From Burkholderiales bacterium (GTDB lineage Bacteria; Bacillota; Clostridia; Christensenellales; SZUA-584), in assembly GCA_050260375.1 (NCBI GenBank), contig JBLNCA010000045.1, positions 12,423 to 76,422 of the forward strand: DNA of 64,000 bases. Reading direction: 5' to 3'. A program made the position numbers and the translations under genes. Every line of letters begins with the position of its first letter. The stretch's first letter is position 1. Below the pieces are notes generated by a model. The model had not been told where the DNA came from. It ran no database searches and saw only the letters and a program-made list of their open reading frames with translations. This document shows positions 29,873 through 39,723 of the stretch, in pieces.

Positions 29873-31009
29873 ATGAATAGAGCATTGGAACAGAAAAGCA
29901 AAAGCGTCAGGCTTCAGCGGGTGACGCTGAATAAAATAACGACAGACGATAAGACCCCGGAATCCAAACGCAGGGATACTTCGAAGCGGGATAGCGTTCC
30001 AAAGCGCAGCAAGCCGCCCGTTTGGGCTGTCGCCGCGATATGCGCGGCAGTGCTGCTCGCCGTTGCGTTGTACTTTCTCGTTTTTTCCGGCGGGAAGTCG
30101 GCAGCGTCCGCTCCAACGGCCACTCCCGAGATAACGCTTGCTCCCGTTCCGTCACCGACGCCAACGCCTACGCCCGAGCCCACGCCTGTGCCCACAGCAA
30201 CGCCCGAGCCCACGCCTTCTACTATGTGGGGGCAAAAGTTCCCCGGCAAGTTTACGGACGGCGAAGTGCTGAACGATGAAAGCTCATACAGAAGCGAGCA
30301 TATAAACATTACGATACAAAAGACGCAGCAGAAAGGCCTGACGTACTTCGTCGCCGATATATACATAACGGACATCGAATACTTCAAAACGGCGTTTGCC
30401 GGCAACCGTTACGGCGGTGGAGGCCGCAAATACGCGGACGATATGTGCGCCGACTTCGGCGCGGTATTGGCGATGGACGGCGATTACTACACAAATAACA
30501 AGGGCCCTGTAGTACGCAACGGCATAGTATACCGCAAGGACGCCTACAAAGACATACTCGTGATGTACAACGACGGCACTATGGAGACGTTTTTAAAGGG
30601 CGAATACGATATTGATGCGATACTCGCAAAAGGCGTCTGGCAGATGTGGACATTCGGCCCGCAGCTTTTAAACGACGGCCAGCCTATGACCGAGTTCAAC
30701 TCATCCGTAACGAGGGCAAACCCGAGGGCTGCGGTAGGTTATTACGAGCCGGGGCATTACTGCTTCGTGGTGGTGGACGGCAGGCAGGGCAGCTATTCGA
30801 GAGGGCTCGATATGACGCAGCTCTCGCAGCTGATGTACGATCTCGGCTGCAAGGTTGCTTTCAACCTCGACGGAGGCGGTTCGGCTCAGATGGCTTTTAA
30901 AAATAAGCTTGTGAACAAGCCGTGCAGCAACTACCGGCAGATAGTAGACATACTATATATAACCGACGACCCCGACGCCGCGCCTCCGATGCCTGAATCA
31001 AAGAACTAG
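29873..31009 (+). CDS. Membrane-anchored phosphodiester glycosidase family protein, paralogue 3
   Basis: Same architecture, PTPTPEPTP linker, NPRAAVGYYEPGHYCFVVVDGRQ...FNLDGGGS. Confidence 0.85.
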   Translation: MNRALEQKSKSVRLQRVTLNKITTDDKTPESKRRDTSKRDSVPKRSKPPVWAVAAICAAVLLAVALYFLVFSGGKSAASAPTATPEITLAPVPSPTPTPTPEPTPVPTATPEPTPSTMWGQKFPGKFTDGEVLNDESSYRSEHINITIQKTQQKGLTYFVADIYITDIEYFKTAFAGNRYGGGGRKYADDMCADFGAVLAMDGDYYTNNKGPVVRNGIVYRKDAYKDILVMYNDGTMETFLKGEYDIDAILAKGVWQMWTFGPQLLNDGQPMTEFNSSVTRANPRAAVGYYEPGHYCFVVVDGRQGSYSRGLDMTQLSQLMYDLGCKVAFNLDGGGSAQMAFKNKLVNKPCSNYRQIVDILYITDDPDAAPPMPESKN

Positions 31010-31057
31010 CAAAGATCCGTCCGGCGGCGTTAAACATCGAATGTATCATAAAACTCT

Positions 31058-31092
31058 CCCTGTGCGCGCTTTACACGCAATCAGGGTTTTTT
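31058..31092 (+). terminator. Rho-independent terminator
   Basis: CCCTG...CAGGG stem followed by T6. Confidence 0.65.
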
Positions 31093-31152
31093 GCGCCAAA
31101 GCAAACCATTTATTAACAAAAAGCAGGCTGCTAAAAAATGGCCGCATTTTAA

Positions 31153-31171
31153 CTAAACATAAGATGTTTAG
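31153..31171. promoter_or_regulatory. Palindrome CTAAACAT-aag-ATGTTTAG in AT-rich leader
   Basis: 8-bp perfect arms; further TAAACA repeats at about 31215-31235 and 31345-31365. Confidence 0.35.
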
Positions 31172-31282
31172 TCCAGTAAACGCATGTCAAATCAAACAAA
31201 AAAATATAAACATATATGATAAACATAGTATAAACGTATGAAAAAAATTTAATGAATAATTATTTAAAATACATAAAAATCA

Positions 31283-31311
31283 TTGACAAAACGAAAATTC
31301 AGCCGTAATAT
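31283..31311 (+). promoter_or_regulatory. Sigma-A-type promoter TTGACA-17 nt-TAATAT
   Basis: TTGACA 31283-31288, TAATAT 31306-31311, about 95 nt upstream of aldolase ATG. Confidence 0.5.
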
Positions 31312-31405
31312 TGCATTATTAAAACGAATCTATACAATTAAGCACTAAACAAAAACACTAAACATAATCCTAAATGTCAATATTAATATAAAATTGGAGT
31401 TTATC

Positions 31406-32317
31406 ATGAGCGATAAGCGATTTCCGACAGACCATGAAGCAAAACAGACAATATTGGAAGTAGGCCGCAGGATGTATATGAAAAACTTTGTTGCGGCTAA
31501 CGACGGCAATATCAGCTGCAAGGTTGATGACGATGTTATCTGGACGACGCCCACGGGCGTATCGAAGGGCTTTATGGACGAAGATATGCTTGTCAAAATG
31601 CGCCTTGACGGCACCGTTCTTTCAACCGGCCCGTTAAAACCATCGTCGGAAATAAAAATGCATATACGCGTCTACAAGGAAAACCCCGAGGTGATGGGCG
31701 TAACGCACGCTCATCCGCCTATTTGCACATCCTTTGCAATAGCGGGCATAGGCCTTGACAAGGCTATTTATCCCGAAGCGCTCGTCAATCTCGGCACAGT
31801 GCCTTGCGTACATTATGAAACGCCGGGCTCGCAGGGCATTCCGGATTCCATCGCGCCTTATTGCAGGGATTATAACGCCGTTCTTCTTGGAAACCACGGC
31901 GCGCTCTCCTGGGGAAAGTCGCTTATCGAAGCGTTTTACCGTCTCGAAGCGATGGAGCATTACGCGCTGATTCTGATGTATACCGGCAATATCATAGGCA
32001 AGGCAAACGTATTAAGCTGCGACCAGGTTAAGGAGCTTTTAGATATCCGCAAGAGCCTTGGCATAAATGCTGGCGGCGTGCCTTTGTGCGCGCCGAAGCC
32101 GACAAATCTCAAAGACGTGGTTGCGCCGCACTCGCCGATAGCCCAATCTTCCGAGCAGGGCAAAGAGTTAAAGACATATACCCCGGACGATAAGGACAAT
32201 AAGGGCGACAAAGACGATAAAGCGTGCGGGTGTTCGGTTTCGCCCGCTTCAAACGTCGTCGCAAGCGATATTGAGAAGATCACGCAGGAAGTGCTGAAGC
32301 GCCTTAAGGACTTATAA
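31406..32317 (+). CDS. Class II aldolase/adducin-family protein with about 75-aa C-terminal extension ending in an encapsulation-peptide-like helix
   Basis: ANDGNIS, PSSE..MH, HAHPP, GNHGALSWG motifs; tail ...DDKDNKGDKDDKACGCSVSPASNVVASDIEKITQEVLKRLKDL; ATG 31406 after GGAG. Confidence 0.85.
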   Translation: MSDKRFPTDHEAKQTILEVGRRMYMKNFVAANDGNISCKVDDDVIWTTPTGVSKGFMDEDMLVKMRLDGTVLSTGPLKPSSEIKMHIRVYKENPEVMGVTHAHPPICTSFAIAGIGLDKAIYPEALVNLGTVPCVHYETPGSQGIPDSIAPYCRDYNAVLLGNHGALSWGKSLIEAFYRLEAMEHYALILMYTGNIIGKANVLSCDQVKELLDIRKSLGINAGGVPLCAPKPTNLKDVVAPHSPIAQSSEQGKELKTYTPDDKDNKGDKDDKACGCSVSPASNVVASDIEKITQEVLKRLKDL

Positions 32318-32333
32318 GCTTCGTAATTTTTAA

Positions 32334-32875
<542 letters not shown>

Positions 32876-32888
32876 ACGGGAGGATATC

Positions 32889-33971
32889 ATGGCAGACAAC
32901 ATTATGAACTACGAGACAGTGGCATTGAACGAAGAAAAAGCGACGCTGGAGATACTCGACCAGACGCAGCTGCCAAATCATGTCGAAATACTGTCTCTAA
33001 CGGATATCAAGGATATTTGGGACGCCATTTACCTGCTCAAGGTTCGCGGCGCGCCGGCTATCGGCGTTGCCGCGGCCATTGGGATTTATGTAGTAATGAG
33101 CCGCGTTGAAACGGACGACTGCGAAGTTTTCCGGGCTGAGTTCAAAAAGGCGAAGGATTATCTCGCGTCTTCGCGGCCCACGGCGGTAAACCTTTTCTGG
33201 GCGCTCGAACGCATGGAAAAGGTGGTGCAAAGCAGCAATTACAAATCGGTGCCCGAGTTAAAGCAGATTCTTCACGACGAAGCGGTGGCCATCAAGGATG
33301 AGGACGTCTGGGTATGCAGGTCTATAGGCGAATACGGCCTTTCGCTTATAAAGGACGGCGACGGCATACTGACGCACTGCAACGCAGGCCAGCTCGCAAC
33401 AGCCAAATACGGCACGGCGCTTGCGCCGATACACCTGGGGGCGGAAAAAGGCTATAAATTCAGGGTGTTTACGGACGAAACGCGGCCGCTATTGCAGGGC
33501 GTGAGGCTGAGCGCGTTCGAATTGCATTCCCATGGCATAGATACCACGGTGATATGCGACAATATGGCGTCGCAGGTGATGAAGAACGGCTGGGTGCAGG
33601 CGGTATTCGTAGGCTGCGACCGCGTGGCTGCCAACGGCGACGCGTGCAACAAGATAGGCACATCGGGAGTGGCGATACTCGCCAAATACTACGGCATACC
33701 GTTCTATGTATGCGCGCCGACCTCGACGATAGATATGCAGACTGAAAAGGGCGAGGACATTATCATAGAGGAGCGCCCGGCGGAAGAAGTGACCGAGATG
33801 TGGTACAAAAAGCGCATGGCTCCCGAAGGCGTAAAAGTATATAACCCCGCATTCGACTTTGCGGACAACGAACTTATAACGGCTATTATTACGGAATACG
33901 GCATTGCGCGTCCTCCGTACACCGAGAGCCTCAAAGAGATATTTGAGAAAAAGCGGCTCGCCGGTAAATAG
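32889..33971 (+). CDS. mtnA: S-methyl-5-thioribose-1-phosphate (or 5-deoxyribose-1-phosphate) isomerase
   Basis: LDQTQLP...VRGAPAIGVAAAIG...CDRVAANGD... eIF-2B-like MtnA signature. Confidence 0.88.
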   Translation: MADNIMNYETVALNEEKATLEILDQTQLPNHVEILSLTDIKDIWDAIYLLKVRGAPAIGVAAAIGIYVVMSRVETDDCEVFRAEFKKAKDYLASSRPTAVNLFWALERMEKVVQSSNYKSVPELKQILHDEAVAIKDEDVWVCRSIGEYGLSLIKDGDGILTHCNAGQLATAKYGTALAPIHLGAEKGYKFRVFTDETRPLLQGVRLSAFELHSHGIDTTVICDNMASQVMKNGWVQAVFVGCDRVAANGDACNKIGTSGVAILAKYYGIPFYVCAPTSTIDMQTEKGEDIIIEERPAEEVTEMWYKKRMAPEGVKVYNPAFDFADNELITAIITEYGIARPPYTESLKEIFEKKRLAGK

Positions 33972-34107
33972 TGCAGCGCTGCTGCAAGCGTCTTAAAGAA
34001 TTGTGGCAGAGTATGAAAGTTAAGCAGGGCGGTGCGGCACATTGACAAGAGCTCGCGAGAAGCAGGGAACGGGCAGCAGTAAAATTGAATCGAGAGGAGA
34101 AACACTC

Positions 34108-34386
34108 ATGGAAAAACAGGCATTGGGAATGGTCGAGACAAAAGGGCTTGTGGGCGCTATAGAAGCGGCGGACGCTATGGTGAAAGCCGCGAATGTAACA
34201 TTGATAGGCAAGGAGCGCATAGGCGCGGGCCTTGTTACCGTGATGGTACGGGGCGATGTGGGCGCCGTGAAAGCGTCGGTAGACGCGGGCGCAGCGGCGG
34301 CCAAGCGAGTAGGCGAGCTTGTCAGCGTGCACGTTATACCAAGGCCGCACGACGACGTAGAAAAGATATTGCCGACTATCGGATAG
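34108..34386 (+). CDS. Bacterial microcompartment shell protein, BMC-H (PduA/EutM type)
   Basis: [26 protein letters not shown]...[19 protein letters not shown]...VHVIPRPH; ATG 34108 after GAGGAG. Confidence 0.92.
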   Translation: MEKQALGMVETKGLVGAIEAADAMVKAANVTLIGKERIGAGLVTVMVRGDVGAVKASVDAGAAAAKRVGELVSVHVIPRPHDDVEKILPTIG

Positions 34387-34459
34387 CGGACGTATAAACT
34401 CGCGAGCAGCGGGCAATATAGTGTCCGCTGCAAAGAACAAACGCATGCAAGTTTAACGC

Positions 34460-34970
34460 ATGCCTGCTATTATATCGGTGCGAAGGGCAGACCGGACGGT
34501 CATTGGATTCATCGCTTTTGACTGCGCCCGGAAGGTGGAGACGCCTTGCTGCAACGGCGGTTCCGTCTACAATGGGCATGCTGATGGCGTCGGGATTCAT
34601 GTCCGCAGGCAAAGCGCTCAAAGGCATGAGCGAACTGGATTTGAGCGGCGCCGCGCAGCTTTTCAAAGCATTTTTGGAAGGCGTGCAAAACCGGGGAAAA
34701 GCAGGGGTAGGAGACAAAACATTTCTGGACGGCCTGTATCCTGCTGTTAATGCGCTTTTGGCAGTCGCCGAAGCAGGCATCGATTTAACAAAGGCCGCCA
34801 AAAATGCAGCGCAAGCCGCGCATGAAGCGTTTCTGTCAACAAAGGGAATGCTCGCAAAACACGTGCGCGCGGCGGCTTACGGCGAAAAGTCGCGCCAGGT
34901 TTTGGACCCGGGCGCGGCGGTTGCCGATCTTATGATGAAAGGATATGCCGATTTCGTCGCGAATCGGTAA
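34460..34970 (+). pseudogene. dhaL: Dihydroxyacetone kinase subunit DhaL relic (N-terminal about 55 codons incl. the DxDHG motif missing; +1 frameshift near 34575)
   Basis: VIGFIAF...NGGSVY in one frame, then GMLMASGFMSAGKAL...GKAGVGDKTFLDGLYPA...AAYGEKSRQVLDPGA in ORF 34503-34970. Confidence 0.65.
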
Positions 34971-34978
34971 CGTGTGGT

Positions 34979-35983
34979 ATGACAATAAGAGAGATTGCGG
35001 CTATAGCGGGCGTATCGCCGGCGGCCGTATCATTGGTTCTGAATAATAAAAAAGGCGTAAGCGAGCAGACGCGCGAGCGTATAAAAAAGGTGCTCAGCGA
35101 GTATAACTATACTCCGGCGACTCAGAGGAAAAAAGAGCCGCGCTGCCGCATACGCTTGATAAAATATTCCACCCATGGCATGGCGGTGGAAGAAAATCAG
35201 GGGTTTGTCGCAACGATTATCGATCATATAGAGAGCGAATGCCGCCGTTATTCGTATGATCTTATTATGTGCGGCTGCAACAACAAAACCGCGGAAGAAA
35301 CGTTCAAAATGATCGCGCAGGATCCTATGGACGGCGTGATACTGCTAGGCTCCGAGTTTGAAGCGTCACAGTTTTACATGCTGAAGGATATCAAAGAGCC
35401 TATCATTGTCGTTGATAACAGCATGAAGCACCAGAATGTTGACAGCATAGTGATGGCCAACGAGAGCATTTCCCACGCGGCCGTCAACTACCTGTACGGT
35501 TTGGGACACAGGAAGATAGGATATTTCCTCACAAACGTTAAGATATCCAATTTCACCGAGCGGTATAAAGGTTACCTTGAAGCATTGGAGGAGCTTGGGC
35601 TTACGCCGCCCGAGCCTGTGCTGCTTACGCCCACGCTTAACGGCTCGTATATGGACATGAAGAAGCTGCTGGAAAGCGGAGCTTATGTTCCCGAAGGAGC
35701 AGTGCTGGCCGGAAACGACAGCATAGCGATTGGCGCGGTGCGCGCTATTCAGGAAGCGGGGTACAAGGTTCCCGAGGATATCTCGGTTATCGGCGTCGAT
35801 GATATACCGTACAGCTCGATGATGGTGCCGCCGCTCACTACCATGCGCATATCGCGTACTGTGATGGGCAATCTCACCGTCAGCTTGCTGAGGGAGCGCA
35901 TGAAGCATCCCGACAGCCCGTTCATGCATATGACGATATCCGCTCAGCTTGTCGAGCGCGGCAGTACTGCGCCCGCCAAATAA
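34979..35983 (+). CDS. LacI-family transcriptional regulator
   Basis: MTIREIAAIAGVSPAAVSLVLNNKKGVS HTH plus PBP type-1 domain. Confidence 0.9.
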   Translation: MTIREIAAIAGVSPAAVSLVLNNKKGVSEQTRERIKKVLSEYNYTPATQRKKEPRCRIRLIKYSTHGMAVEENQGFVATIIDHIESECRRYSYDLIMCGCNNKTAEETFKMIAQDPMDGVILLGSEFEASQFYMLKDIKEPIIVVDNSMKHQNVDSIVMANESISHAAVNYLYGLGHRKIGYFLTNVKISNFTERYKGYLEALEELGLTPPEPVLLTPTLNGSYMDMKKLLESGAYVPEGAVLAGNDSIAIGAVRAIQEAGYKVPEDISVIGVDDIPYSSMMVPPLTTMRISRTVMGNLTVSLLRERMKHPDSPFMHMTISAQLVERGSTAPAK

Positions 35984-36095
35984 AGAGGAAAACGGGAATT
36001 TGTTTGTAATAAACCGATATCAGGCAATCATACGTTTATAAGTCTTATTAATTTAAAGTGAGTGAATAAAGATTCAAGGCGCTCTGTGCAGCTTT

Positions 36096-37994
36096 TCATC
36101 TCTTGCTGCGCAGGCGCTTTTGTTCGTATAAATGGCTGTCCGCTTTGTCTATCATCTGCATTATCGAGAGGTTCTTGTCCCACGGCTGCAGGCACCATCC
36201 GTAGCTCGCTTTGACCGAATAGCTTTTTGTCGAGCGCTCGTTATACAGCATGCCGCAGGACTGCAGCGAAAAAAGCATCGATCGCAGAGCCGTTTCGTTA
36301 GGAACCAGCCCGACGCATACAAATTCGTCGCCGCCCATGCGCGCAACTACGTCGCCGGAGCGGGAGCAATGTCGCAGCATATCCGCTACGGCCTGTATGG
36401 CTTCGTCTCCCGCGGAATGGCCATAGGTGTCGTTGATATGCTTTAGCCCGTCAAGGTCCACGAATATCACAAAAACCATGTCCTGCGCGTTTTCGGAACT
36501 CAACAGGGATTTCACGCGTTTTTCCAGCCCTCTTCGGTTTAATACGCCGGTTAAAGGGTCGTGCAGGCTTATCTCTTCCAATGCAACGGAATACTGCTTA
36601 AGCGCGTCCTGCGTGCGCAGGTTTTCCAGAGCCAGACGCACGTTCTTCACCCAGATGCGCTGCATTGAGCTGCTGGAATGGTCAAAGTCGAAAGCGATGT
36701 ACCCGAACGTGTTTTTCTTGAAATATATAGGCACGAATACAAGCGCGCACGTTTCGTCGTCGAGCACAGGCAGCACATCCCTGGTTTTAAACTTCAAGCC
36801 GGTGTGCACCGAGCCGTTCGCTATGCCAAGCATCAGCGTCATTTCGCTCGGGTAGTCATAAAAGGTATGCTTGTGGTCAACAAGGCTGGCTTCGTTTACG
36901 CAGAAATAAAGATGTTTAAAATCCAGCACGCGCGCCAGAGACGCGAGCTGGTTGACGACGTCCTGCATCGTGTATTCGCCGGTTAAAAGCTCCATCATCG
37001 ACGTGCTTATGTTGTCGTAAATCCGCAGCTCGTCGGTATTAAGCACAAGCTCCTTCAAAAACTGCTTTTCGTCCGCCGCAGCGCCGCCGCAGCCGCATGA
37101 ACCCGCCATTACGATCTGCGAATCGTATTTGTACTCCTTTTCGGCGTGCACGCCTTTGATTACGTCGTTTATTATTTGTACCGCGCGCTTTCCTATTTCC
37201 AGCAGGGGCTGTTTTATTGTGGTGATGCGCGGCACATGGCATTCCGCCTCGTGTATGCAGTCATATCCGGACAGGGCGATATCTTCGGGCACGCTGAAGC
37301 CGCGCTTTACGAGCTCGGCATACGCGCCCAGCGCCATATTGTCGTTTGCGCATACTATGGCCTGCGGCAGTTCTTTGGCCTGCAAAAACCGGCTGATTGC
37401 CTCGCGCGCGCATTCCCTGCTGAAGTCTCCTATAAATACCCGGTTTTCATCATACCTGATGCCGTGCTCTGCCAATACTCGTTTATAGGTGTTAAGCCGG
37501 AATATTGCGTCCGGGTTGCCGGGATTTCCGGAGATGAAATTGATGCGGTTAAACTTATGCTCCGTGATGAAATGCCGTATCAGTGTCTCCATGCAGCCGT
37601 TGTCCGACGAGTATACGCTGTAAGAGCCGTTGATGGGAGGGCCTATGCTTACCACCGGAATGCCTTCCTTCGGCAGCGATTTTCTTAAGTATTCCACCGT
37701 TTCCGCGGAAGTGAAAGTGTTGGTGATTACTATTATGCCGTCAAAGCCGTGCATGTCCGGCAATGTAAAAAGCTTAAGTTCGCCTGTATTGTTTTCGTTT
37801 AATATGCGCCCGACATTGGACGCAAAAAAAAGCACGGAAAAGCCAAACTCCTCGGCTTGTCCGGCAATGCCCTTACAAATCGTCTGCTGATAATTATACC
37901 TTATGCCATTGAGAAACACCGCGATTTTAGGCTTTTTCTTAACACTGCGGCCCGGCCGCCCGCTGGCGTCCGGACAACAAATCAACTCTGACAT
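36096..37994 (-). CDS. Cytoplasmic sugar-binding (LacI-type PBP1) sensor domain - linker domain - GGDEF diguanylate cyclase
   Basis: N-terminal 300 aa resemble the LacI ligand-binding core without HTH; C-terminal DPLTGVLNRRG...ARMGGDEF. Confidence 0.85.
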   Translation of the reverse strand: MSELICCPDASGRPGRSVKKKPKIAVFLNGIRYNYQQTICKGIAGQAEEFGFSVLFFASNVGRILNENNTGELKLFTLPDMHGFDGIIVITNTFTSAETVEYLRKSLPKEGIPVVSIGPPINGSYSVYSSDNGCMETLIRHFITEHKFNRINFISGNPGNPDAIFRLNTYKRVLAEHGIRYDENRVFIGDFSRECAREAISRFLQAKELPQAIVCANDNMALGAYAELVKRGFSVPEDIALSGYDCIHEAECHVPRITTIKQPLLEIGKRAVQIINDVIKGVHAEKEYKYDSQIVMAGSCGCGGAAADEKQFLKELVLNTDELRIYDNISTSMMELLTGEYTMQDVVNQLASLARVLDFKHLYFCVNEASLVDHKHTFYDYPSEMTLMLGIANGSVHTGLKFKTRDVLPVLDDETCALVFVPIYFKKNTFGYIAFDFDHSSSSMQRIWVKNVRLALENLRTQDALKQYSVALEEISLHDPLTGVLNRRGLEKRVKSLLSSENAQDMVFVIFVDLDGLKHINDTYGHSAGDEAIQAVADMLRHCSRSGDVVARMGGDEFVCVGLVPNETALRSMLFSLQSCGMLYNERSTKSYSVKASYGWCLQPWDKNLSIMQMIDKADSHLYEQKRLRSKR

Positions 37995-38197
37995 GGGGTT
38001 CTCAATTCTATTTGTTGTTATATATAATTATTAAACGTAAATTGCCGTTTTTAAACACTATAACAGCATGTGCAGCCGCTTAAATCCGCCAATCGCCAAT
38101 GCAATTTAGTTCCCCCGGCTCGTTTGAATGCGAAAGTGACAATTCCGCGCAGCTCTGGTAAAATTAAAGAACCCTAAAAACTGAAGAGAGGCGCGAT

Positions 38198-39394
38198 TTG
38201 AAACATAAAAGTTTTACATGGGCGGTTATATGCCTGCTGATAGCGGCGCTTTTAATACCGGCGGCAGGGTGCGGGAATACCGATAAACCGGAGCAGACTT
38301 TAATAAGCCCCATGGCAAGCCCCGCGGCGCCGACGTTTGAAAATGAAACGCTTAAGGTGTTCTTCCTCAACGTCGGCAAGGGCGACGCCGCGCTTATAAG
38401 CATACCGGGCGGGTACTGGGTGATGATAGATACCGGCCCCGAAAAAGGCTTCGCGGAAGCAGGCAGGCAGCTTGTTAAAAACGGCATAGATAAGCTCTCC
38501 GCCGTGATTTTGACGCACGGCCACTCCGACCACATAGGCGGGTTGCCCGGAATACTCTCGATGGCAGGCTGCGACGCCATATATACTATTGGCCAGGCGA
38601 TGGGAGAGAAAAAAATACTTGCGGCAAAAGCCTCAGGCGTGAATATAAATGAGATAAAAACGGGGGGCGAGCTCAAATTCGGCGACGCCGTTTTTACGGC
38701 GCTTGGCCCGCTTGGCAGCTATCAGGAGGAGAACGACAACAGCCTTGTGCTAATGCTTGAGTATATGGGCGTAAAGCTGCTGTTTACGGCAGACCAGCTT
38801 TTTGCGGCGGAGCGCGACATACTATCGTTGGGGGATAAGCTCGACGCCGACGTATTAAAAGTGGCGCACCACGGCAAGGACGATTCGTCTTCGCAGCAGT
38901 TTATAAAAGCCGTGAGCCCGGTTTACGCTGTGATTACCACGGATATTGAAAACAGGCCTTCGCAGCAGGTAATAAACTACATAAAGCTCGCGGGAGGCAA
39001 ATCGTTCATCTTAGGCGAGACGGGAACGGTGGTTTTCGAGAGCGACGGCAGCCAGTCGAGCATGTCGCCGCTGCCCGGGCCCGAAGCTCCCGCGCCCGAC
39101 GTGCGCATAGACGACATGGATGTTTCGGCAGAATATATTACGGTGACAAACCACGCCGGCGAAGCGGTAGACCTTACCGGCTGGTGTATCTTTTCGGGCA
39201 AAGGCAGCGATATATACTTTTTCCCCGCGGGAACGAAGCTGGACGCCGGGGCTTCCGTCAACGTATACAGCGGCAAAGCGGCAATGACGGCTTCTGGCGG
39301 CCTTATATGGACGCAGGATACGGTGCTCGGCAAAAAAGACGTATGCATGCTTTACGACAGCTTCGGCCGCGAGGTTTCGGCGCGAGGCCGGTAA
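38198..39394 (+). CDS. Lipoprotein: MBL-fold hydrolase (ComEC C-terminal-like) + lamin-tail domain
   Basis: Lipobox PAAG-C; FLNVGKGDAALI...LTHGHSDHIGG; C-terminal EYITVTNHAGEAVDLTGW (LTD-like). Confidence 0.75.
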   Translation: MKHKSFTWAVICLLIAALLIPAAGCGNTDKPEQTLISPMASPAAPTFENETLKVFFLNVGKGDAALISIPGGYWVMIDTGPEKGFAEAGRQLVKNGIDKLSAVILTHGHSDHIGGLPGILSMAGCDAIYTIGQAMGEKKILAAKASGVNINEIKTGGELKFGDAVFTALGPLGSYQEENDNSLVLMLEYMGVKLLFTADQLFAAERDILSLGDKLDADVLKVAHHGKDDSSSQQFIKAVSPVYAVITTDIENRPSQQVINYIKLAGGKSFILGETGTVVFESDGSQSSMSPLPGPEAPAPDVRIDDMDVSAEYITVTNHAGEAVDLTGWCIFSGKGSDIYFFPAGTKLDAGASVNVYSGKAAMTASGGLIWTQDTVLGKKDVCMLYDSFGREVSARGR

Positions 39395-39568
39395 GCGGTT
39401 TGCGCATGAAGCCTTGCAGCCGGCGGGGGCTTGTTCATAAAATGAGCAGCGGGTTTGTTACACCCGCCATTTCATTATCGGGCTTTTATTCGCGTCCTTG
39501 TATCCGCGTTAACCGTATTGCTCAAATTATGAACAAAATGAAAACAATAATGCTCAGCGATGTATTAA

Positions 39569-39597
39569 TGTAACGGTCGCGGCGCTTAACCCGTCTA
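39569..39597 (+). promoter_or_regulatory. ECF-type promoter TGTAAC-17 nt-CGTCTA
   Basis: TGTAAC 39569-39574, CGTCTA 39592-39597, 127 nt upstream of the NEW3 gene that heads the operon ending in an ECF sigma/anti-sigma pair. Confidence 0.6.
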
Positions 39598-39723
39598 AAT
39601 ATCTGGGAGCCCCGGCAGGTGTATGACTTGACGGGGCGAAACATATCCGATTTATTACAGGCGGGCTTCTGCGAAAGACAGGAGCATGTGCCTTCATTTA
39701 AGTCATTATTAAGGAGGAACAAC

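Noticed and set aside
39395-39723. Possible riboswitch (c-di-GMP or other) in the 330-nt leader of the NEW3 operon, near the GGDEF gene
   Set aside because: The conserved GEMM-I/II core sequences could not be found. The ECF promoter motif explains the region better. A covariance-model scan (Rfam/Infernal) would be decisive.
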